From Lachnospiraceae bacterium (GTDB lineage: Bacteria; Bacillota; Clostridia; Lachnospirales; Lachnospiraceae), in contig JBMNQZ010000003.1 of the NCBI GenBank assembly GCA_050944395.1, positions 22,244 through 86,243 on the forward strand: a stretch of 64,000 bases of DNA. Direction: 5' to 3'. Below the pieces are notes generated by a model. That model was given only the letters and a program-made list of their open reading frames with translations, was not told where the DNA came from and searched no databases. Made by a program: the position numbers and the translations under genes. Each line of letters begins with the position of its first letter. The stretch's first letter is position 1. Positions 59,128 to 64,000 of the stretch are shown piece by piece.

Positions 59128-60210
59128 TTAAAGAAGTTCCCTGGCTTTTCCGGTTGTATTTCTTTCTATCAGTTCCGGCTCATATTCAAGCCGCATAATA
59201 TATCTGCGCTCCCCCGATGATCTCTGGCGGTTTTTTCTGTGAATTATCTCAACCGCCTCCCGCCCTTTCAGCGATGCGCCGTGCTCTATTGTGGTGAGCG
59301 AGATCTGAGGCATCGATGCCAGAGGCACATTGTCGAATCCGCATACCGAGTAATCCCCCGGGATCCTGCACCCGCGGTCATGAAGAGCTGCCATGATCCC
59401 GAACGCGGTCAGATCGTTGTTTCCCACAAAAGCGGTGGAGGCTGTTCCTGAATCAATGGCTTTTGCCGCAAGCTCGTAACCTGTCATGTATTCGGCGGAA
59501 TCTATACCGTAGGATTTATAACGGGAGGTTGAGACAGACATCATTTCCACATTTGAAGGATCAAGCCCTTGCTTTTCGAAGGCGATCCTCAGTCCGTCAA
59601 GCCTGTGGATTCGTCCCACCTCACTTGTGTTTATCGGGGTGGAAATATAAGTGATGTGCCTGTGTCCAAGCGATAGGAGATGCTCACCGATCATCGTTCC
59701 GGGACGGGTGCTCTCGAGCTCCACGGCATCGAACTTGCATGTGTCGGGCTTATCTCCGATCGACACTATTGGTATCTGTTTAGAAATCCTGTTGGCAAGC
59801 TCGATCTTTGCGGGAGGATACAGGGAAATTATCCCCGCCACCTCAAATTCGGAAAGATATTTTAAATATTCCTCCTCGTTGGAAGCGTGCCGGTCGGTGG
59901 ACAATGAGAAGATCATGTATCCGTACTCACGGGCCTTTTCCGTTATGGAATGAATCACGGTGGAATAGTAGCTGTTTGCAAAATGAGGGCATAAAACGAT
60001 TATCGATTTTTTAAATGCCTGGTTTTTTGAAGGCGTTTTTTTAGCCGGCTTTTTGTAGCCCATTTCTTTTGCCGTCTGTTTTACGGAATTAATAGTCTCC
60101 TCTGAAAATGATACGTTTTTCCTGTCGCTTAATATCATGGAAATTGTGGATTGCGAAAAGCCTGTCCTTGCGGCAATGTCTCTTGTTGTTACCCGATTTC
60201 GTTTTCCCAT
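59128..60210 (-). CDS. LacI-family transcriptional regulator
   Basis: N-terminal HTH VTTRDIAARTGFSQSTISMILS and a periplasmic-binding-protein-like core (GFDN motif). Confidence 0.88.
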   Translation of the reverse strand: MGKRNRVTTRDIAARTGFSQSTISMILSDRKNVSFSEETINSVKQTAKEMGYKKPAKKTPSKNQAFKKSIIVLCPHFANSYYSTVIHSITEKAREYGYMIFSLSTDRHASNEEEYLKYLSEFEVAGIISLYPPAKIELANRISKQIPIVSIGDKPDTCKFDAVELESTRPGTMIGEHLLSLGHRHITYISTPINTSEVGRIHRLDGLRIAFEKQGLDPSNVEMMSVSTSRYKSYGIDSAEYMTGYELAAKAIDSGTASTAFVGNNDLTAFGIMAALHDRGCRIPGDYSVCGFDNVPLASMPQISLTTIEHGASLKGREAVEIIHRKNRQRSSGERRYIMRLEYEPELIERNTTGKARELL

Positions 60211-60271
60211 AGCGTTTTATCCCCTTGAAGTAAATTTTTCGGCAGATGAGTCAGGTTGAAAATATTTATTT

Positions 60272-60395
60272 TGATTAACAAACGATTACTAATCAAAAAC
60301 ATATTTGATTAGCAATATAATACACTTTTTCACGATAATCAAGACGCTGAAAGAAAGTGAGGACGCAATCCGCAGCTAATCAAACGCAATGATTA
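60272..60395. promoter_or_regulatory. Array of TGATTA/TAATCA hexamers (candidate operator sites) in the divergent intergenic region
   Basis: TGATTA at 60272, 60306 and 60390. TAATCA at 60290, 60336 and 60377. Two pairs form inverted repeats, for example TAATCAAACGCAATGATTA (60377-60395). Confidence 0.35.
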
Positions 60396-60501
60396 ATAAA
60401 AAATATCCTGAAATGCCGATTTTATGGTGCTTTTGAGATTTGACTGATGTGTTTTTTGAGAGGTATATTCTACTGAGAATACAATCAGAAGGGAGACGAA
60501 A

Positions 60502-61941
60502 ATGAATTGTGATGTTGCGATAATAGGTGCCGGAATATCCGGGTGCGCCATGGCGTATGAATTGTCAAAATATGATATAAAAACTGTGCTCATAGAAAAG
60601 GAGAATGATGTATCTGTCGGGACCACGAAGGCGAACAGCGCAATTCTGCATGCGGGGTTCGATCCGGAGCCGGGAAGTCTTATGGCAAAGTATAATGTCG
60701 AGGGAAACGCCTACACAAAGGAGCTTTGCCGCAAGCTGGATGTTCCCATGAAAGAGATCGGCTCTCTGGTAGTTGCCTTTGATGAATCCGAACGTTCACA
60801 GATAGAAGAATTATACGAAAGAGGCTTAAAGAACGGTGTTCCGGGACTGGAAATCTGGGAAGCTGCCCGATTAAGGAAAGAGGAGCCGGAGATCTCCGAA
60901 AATGCGGTATGCGCCCTGTTTGCCCCGAGTGCAGCGATAGTTAGTCCCTGGGAGCTCGCAATTGCCCTTGCAGAGACTGCTGTAAGAAACGGAGTATGCG
61001 TAAAGCTGAATACAAAGGTTACATCAATTTCCAAGATTTCAAACGGCGGTTTTATCATTGACGCGGTCAGGGAGGATACCGGCAGGGCGGAGCGTATAAA
61101 TGCAGGCTTTATATGCAATGCCGCAGGAGTCTTTGCCGACAGCATAAACGATATGGTAAATGATGCGCATTTTACTATTAAGCCGAACAAGGGAGAATAC
61201 TATCTTCTGGATAAGAGCCAGGGCGGGCTGGTGAAGCATGTTATTTTCCGGTGTCCGGGCAAAAACGGAAAAGGAGTACTCATTTCACCTACGGTACACG
61301 GAAATCTGATCGCGGGGCCGAACTCCGAAAATTGCGGCCCAGAGGATGTTTCAACGACTTATACCGGACTTGCGGAGGTAATGTCTGAGGCGAGAAATAG
61401 TGTACCCCGAATCAATTTCCGGGAAAATATCCGAAATTTTGCCGGGGTAAGGGCCAGAACCGACAGACATGATTTTTATTTTTATGAAGATGAAAAGAAC
61501 AAGGGTTTTGTAAATATTGCCGGAATGGCTTCCCCGGGACTTACATCCGCCGCTGCGATCGCCAGAGATGCGGTGGGTCTTTTTGAGCGGAGCGGACTTG
61601 AACTCAGAAAGAAGGAGAATTACATAGACACCAGAAAGATTGTACGATTCAGAGAGCTCGATGAGGCGGAAAGGGCGGAGGCAGTAAAAAAGAATCCGCT
61701 TTACGGCCGGGTGATCTGCAGGTGTGAGACGGTGACCCAGGGGGAGATAATAGACGCGCTCAACCGTCCGATCCCGGCGGTGTCCGTTGACGGAGTGAAG
61801 CGCAGATGCGGCGCCGGAATGGGAAGGTGTCAGGGCGGATTCTGCGGTCCGAAAGTGCTGGAAATCATTGCGGAGCATACCGGAATACCAATGGAGGATA
61901 TCCCAAAGGACCGCCTGGGCTCCTATATACTTTCCAGGTGA
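60502..61941 (+). CDS. FAD-dependent oxidoreductase, GlpA/LhgO-like, with a BFD-like [2Fe-2S] C-terminal domain (probable glycerol-3-phosphate dehydrogenase)
   Basis: FAD-binding fold CDVAIIGAGISGCAMAYEL. C-terminal CRCETVTQGEI...RRCGAGMGRCQGGFC. Confidence 0.75.
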   Translation: MNCDVAIIGAGISGCAMAYELSKYDIKTVLIEKENDVSVGTTKANSAILHAGFDPEPGSLMAKYNVEGNAYTKELCRKLDVPMKEIGSLVVAFDESERSQIEELYERGLKNGVPGLEIWEAARLRKEEPEISENAVCALFAPSAAIVSPWELAIALAETAVRNGVCVKLNTKVTSISKISNGGFIIDAVREDTGRAERINAGFICNAAGVFADSINDMVNDAHFTIKPNKGEYYLLDKSQGGLVKHVIFRCPGKNGKGVLISPTVHGNLIAGPNSENCGPEDVSTTYTGLAEVMSEARNSVPRINFRENIRNFAGVRARTDRHDFYFYEDEKNKGFVNIAGMASPGLTSAAAIARDAVGLFERSGLELRKKENYIDTRKIVRFRELDEAERAEAVKKNPLYGRVICRCETVTQGEIIDALNRPIPAVSVDGVKRRCGAGMGRCQGGFCGPKVLEIIAEHTGIPMEDIPKDRLGSYILSR

Positions 61942-62028
61942 AATTATGAGAGCTCGCGAAATTTATTTGAGGGTTTATTTGGCAAAAGAAGATGCATTTG
62001 AGTAATATTGAATTGCTGCGGAGGGAAT

Positions 62029-63318
62029 ATGAAGAAATATGATGTGATCATCGTCGGCGGAGGACCTGCCGGACTTGCATCAGCTGTCGAGGCTTACAGA
62101 AACGGTGCCGAAAATGTTCTTATTATTGAGAGGGATTCTGAACCGGGAGGAATTTTAAACCAGTGTATTCACAATGGGTTCGGCCTCCACTATTTCAAGG
62201 AGGAGCTGACGGGACCCGAGTACGCAGGTCGCTTTATTGACATGCTCTCGGGAACGGGTATCGAGGTCATGACAGACACTATGGTCCTCGATATCGACGA
62301 GCGGGAAAGAAGCGTGCATGTGGTAAATACGGTTGACGGATACAAAAAGATCGAGGGAAAAGCGATAGTCCTTGCGATGGGCTGCAGGGAAAGGACGAGA
62401 GGTGCGATATCGATTCCGGGAGATCGTCCGGCCGGGGTATTTACCGCGGGTGCTGCCCAGAGATATGTCAATATAGAGGGAAGGAACGTCGGAAAGCGTG
62501 TGTTGATCCTGGGTTCGGGAGATATCGGACTCATAATGGCCAGGCGAATGAGCCTTGAGGGGGCGAAAGTTCTCGGATGCGTGGAGCTGTGCCCTTACTC
62601 CAACGGTCTTCAGAGAAATATCGTTCAATGCCTCGAGGATTTCGACATTCCTTTATACCTGTCCCACACTATCACGAATATCAAGGGGGACAAAAGAGTT
62701 GAAAAGGTGACGGTTCAGAAGGTGGATTCCGGCAACAGACCCATTCCCGGAACCGAGATTGAATTTGACGTGGATACGGTCCTTCTCTCGGTGGGACTTA
62801 TTCCTGAAAATGAACTTACCAGGGCGGCGGGAATCGCTATCGATCCGGCTTCATCGGGTCCGGTCGTTTATGAAAATATGGAGACAAGCGCCCCGGGAAT
62901 ATTTGCCTGCGGAAATGTTGTGCATGTCCACGATCTGGTTGATTTTGTCACCGAAGAAAGTGCTCTGGCGGGAAGGTCGGCGGCGATCTATTCCTTAAAT
63001 GGCGGAAATGAAAAGCTTCCTTATGTGAAAATAACTAACGGAAACGGAGTAAATGCGGCCGTTCCCCAAAGGATAAGGCCGGAAAATATCAGTGATAAGG
63101 TCTGTCTGATGTTCAGGGTAAGAAATGTATTCAAAAACGCCGCTATCCGGGTTACCGCAGGGGGAGAGGAACTGGCGAGATTCAGGCGTATTCACATGGC
63201 GCCCGGTGAGATGGAAAAGATAGTTATTACAAAGGAAATGCTTACAAGAGCGCAGGATTCCGAAGGAGAGATTGTGATAGATATCGTCTCGGGATCCGGG
63301 GAAGGAGAGGCTGTATGA
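62029..63318 (+). CDS. Pyridine-nucleotide-disulfide-type FAD/NAD(P) oxidoreductase (partner subunit)
   Basis: Two Rossmann motifs: YDVIIVGGGPAGLASA and VLILGSGDIGLIMA. Confidence 0.75.
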   Translation: MKKYDVIIVGGGPAGLASAVEAYRNGAENVLIIERDSEPGGILNQCIHNGFGLHYFKEELTGPEYAGRFIDMLSGTGIEVMTDTMVLDIDERERSVHVVNTVDGYKKIEGKAIVLAMGCRERTRGAISIPGDRPAGVFTAGAAQRYVNIEGRNVGKRVLILGSGDIGLIMARRMSLEGAKVLGCVELCPYSNGLQRNIVQCLEDFDIPLYLSHTITNIKGDKRVEKVTVQKVDSGNRPIPGTEIEFDVDTVLLSVGLIPENELTRAAGIAIDPASSGPVVYENMETSAPGIFACGNVVHVHDLVDFVTEESALAGRSAAIYSLNGGNEKLPYVKITNGNGVNAAVPQRIRPENISDKVCLMFRVRNVFKNAAIRVTAGGEELARFRRIHMAPGEMEKIVITKEMLTRAQDSEGEIVIDIVSGSGEGEAV

Positions 63319-63665
63319 CGGAACTGGTATGTATTGTGTGTCCGAGGGGATGCAGAATGAAGATTGACGAGGCAAACGGATTTGAGGTCAGCGGCAATTC
63401 ATGCCCCAGGGGAGCCGATTACGGAAGGAAAGAACTGACAGATCCTCACAGAATGGTGACATCGACAATAGAAATTGAGTCGGAAAGTGCAAAAAGACTT
63501 CCGGTAAAGACCAAAAGTAGTGTACCAAAAGGCCGCATTATGGATATAATGGATGTGATCCGGCATTTAAAAATTAAGGCACCGGTTAAATGCGGTGACA
63601 GTATTGTGACCGATATTCTTGGGCTGGGAACGGATATTGTTGCGTGCAGGACAATAGAAAGATAA
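63315..63665 (+). CDS. DUF1667-family small Cys-rich protein
   Basis: Motifs CIVCPRGC and SGNSCPRGADYG. ATGA overlap with the upstream gene. It is the usual third member of this oxidoreductase trio. Confidence 0.7.
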   Translation: MTELVCIVCPRGCRMKIDEANGFEVSGNSCPRGADYGRKELTDPHRMVTSTIEIESESAKRLPVKTKSSVPKGRIMDIMDVIRHLKIKAPVKCGDSIVTDILGLGTDIVACRTIER

Positions 63666-63755
63666 AACAGAAAAGTGCAGGATTATAGAATATACAGAAA
63701 ACTGCAGGACAAAAGAGAAAATAAAATAGAAAGAATTGGATTCGGGAGAAGAAAA

Positions 63756-64000
63756 ATGAGCGTTATAACATTTATTTGTGCGGGTCAGATGAATTCCGCA
63801 ATAACATTTCCGGCGTTTGAAAACGGACACGAGGTCAGACTGGTGGGTTCGCCGCTTGACGGTGAGATCATAGACGGTCTCAGGAAGGATAATTACCATA
63901 TTACTTTGAAGAGGACTCTTCACGACGGTATTAAGTATTACAAGTATGAGGAACTTCCGGAGGCTCTTGAGGGAGCGGATCTTCTGGTTGGAGGAGTGAG
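63756..64000 (+). CDS. NAD(P)H-dependent glycerol-3-phosphate dehydrogenase-like protein (5' partial; runs off the window)
   Basis: My own translation from ATG 63756 is MSVITFICAGQMNSAITFPAFENGHEVRLVGSPLDGEIIDGL..., a GpsA-like N-terminal Rossmann region. It is not in the ORF track because it is truncated. Confidence 0.45.
   Translation, partial: MSVITFICAGQMNSAITFPAFENGHEVRLVGSPLDGEIIDGLRKDNYHITLKRTLHDGIKYYKYEELPEALEGADLLVGGV

Overview
By gene content this is a chromosomal window from an anaerobic Firmicutes/Clostridia-type genome: it has an SLH cell-wall protein, a T-box leader, IorAB and HydE/HydF. Nearly all genes are co-directional on the + strand, with many ATGA-type start/stop overlaps. 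I saw no rRNA, tRNA, CRISPR array, transposase or integrase.

The window divides into seven blocks:
1. 0.5-11.8 kb. A Crp/Fnr regulator sits directly upstream of a nitrogenase-like operon. The operon encodes a fused double component-1 protein, a NifH-like ATPase and two further component-1 paralogues. It runs without a visible terminator into hypF-hypC-hypD-hypE. No hydrogenase structural genes and no hypA/hypB are present in the window.
2. 11.8-14.4 kb. This block follows a palindromic-repeat terminator. It holds a truncated aspartase-like ORF, hydE, a 22-codon Cys/Tyr-rich mini-ORF and hydF. hydG is not in the window.
3. 14.7-33.8 kb. One uninterrupted gene array: an HD-GYP phosphodiesterase; a Gram-positive-type Pel exopolysaccharide locus (pelD-like, pelE-like, pelA deacetylase-like, pelF, pelG); two CotH lipoproteins; a VTC polyphosphate-polymerase-domain protein; DUF4956; DUF4832; and then iorA-iorB plus a phenylacetate-CoA ligase.
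4. 33.9-45.2 kb. A consensus sigma-A promoter and a Leu (CUC) T-box leader drive ilvB-ilvN-ilvC-ilvD, a DUF815 ATPase, and leuA-leuC-leuD-leuB.
5. 45.5-49.8 kb. A 1208-aa SLH-anchored surface protein and a small membrane-anchored protein.
6. 49.8-59.1 kb. Repeat- and hairpin-rich intergenic DNA; a thioesterase with an HTH-fused acyl-CoA synthetase; a secreted multi-ricin-lectin/beta-helix protein with an acyltransferase_3; and a second acyl-CoA synthetase.
7. 59.1-64.0 kb. A LacI regulator divergent from a glycerol-3-phosphate-dehydrogenase-like FAD oxidoreductase trio and a partial GpsA-like gene.

The strongest candidate for an undescribed system is the nitrogenase-like operon joined to the complete Fe(CN)2CO-ligand machinery (HypCDEF), with HydE/HydF next door. 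The second candidate is the CotH-VTC-DUF4956-DUF4832 module appended to the Pel operon.

All functional calls rest on by-eye motif recognition in the supplied translations. No database search was run.
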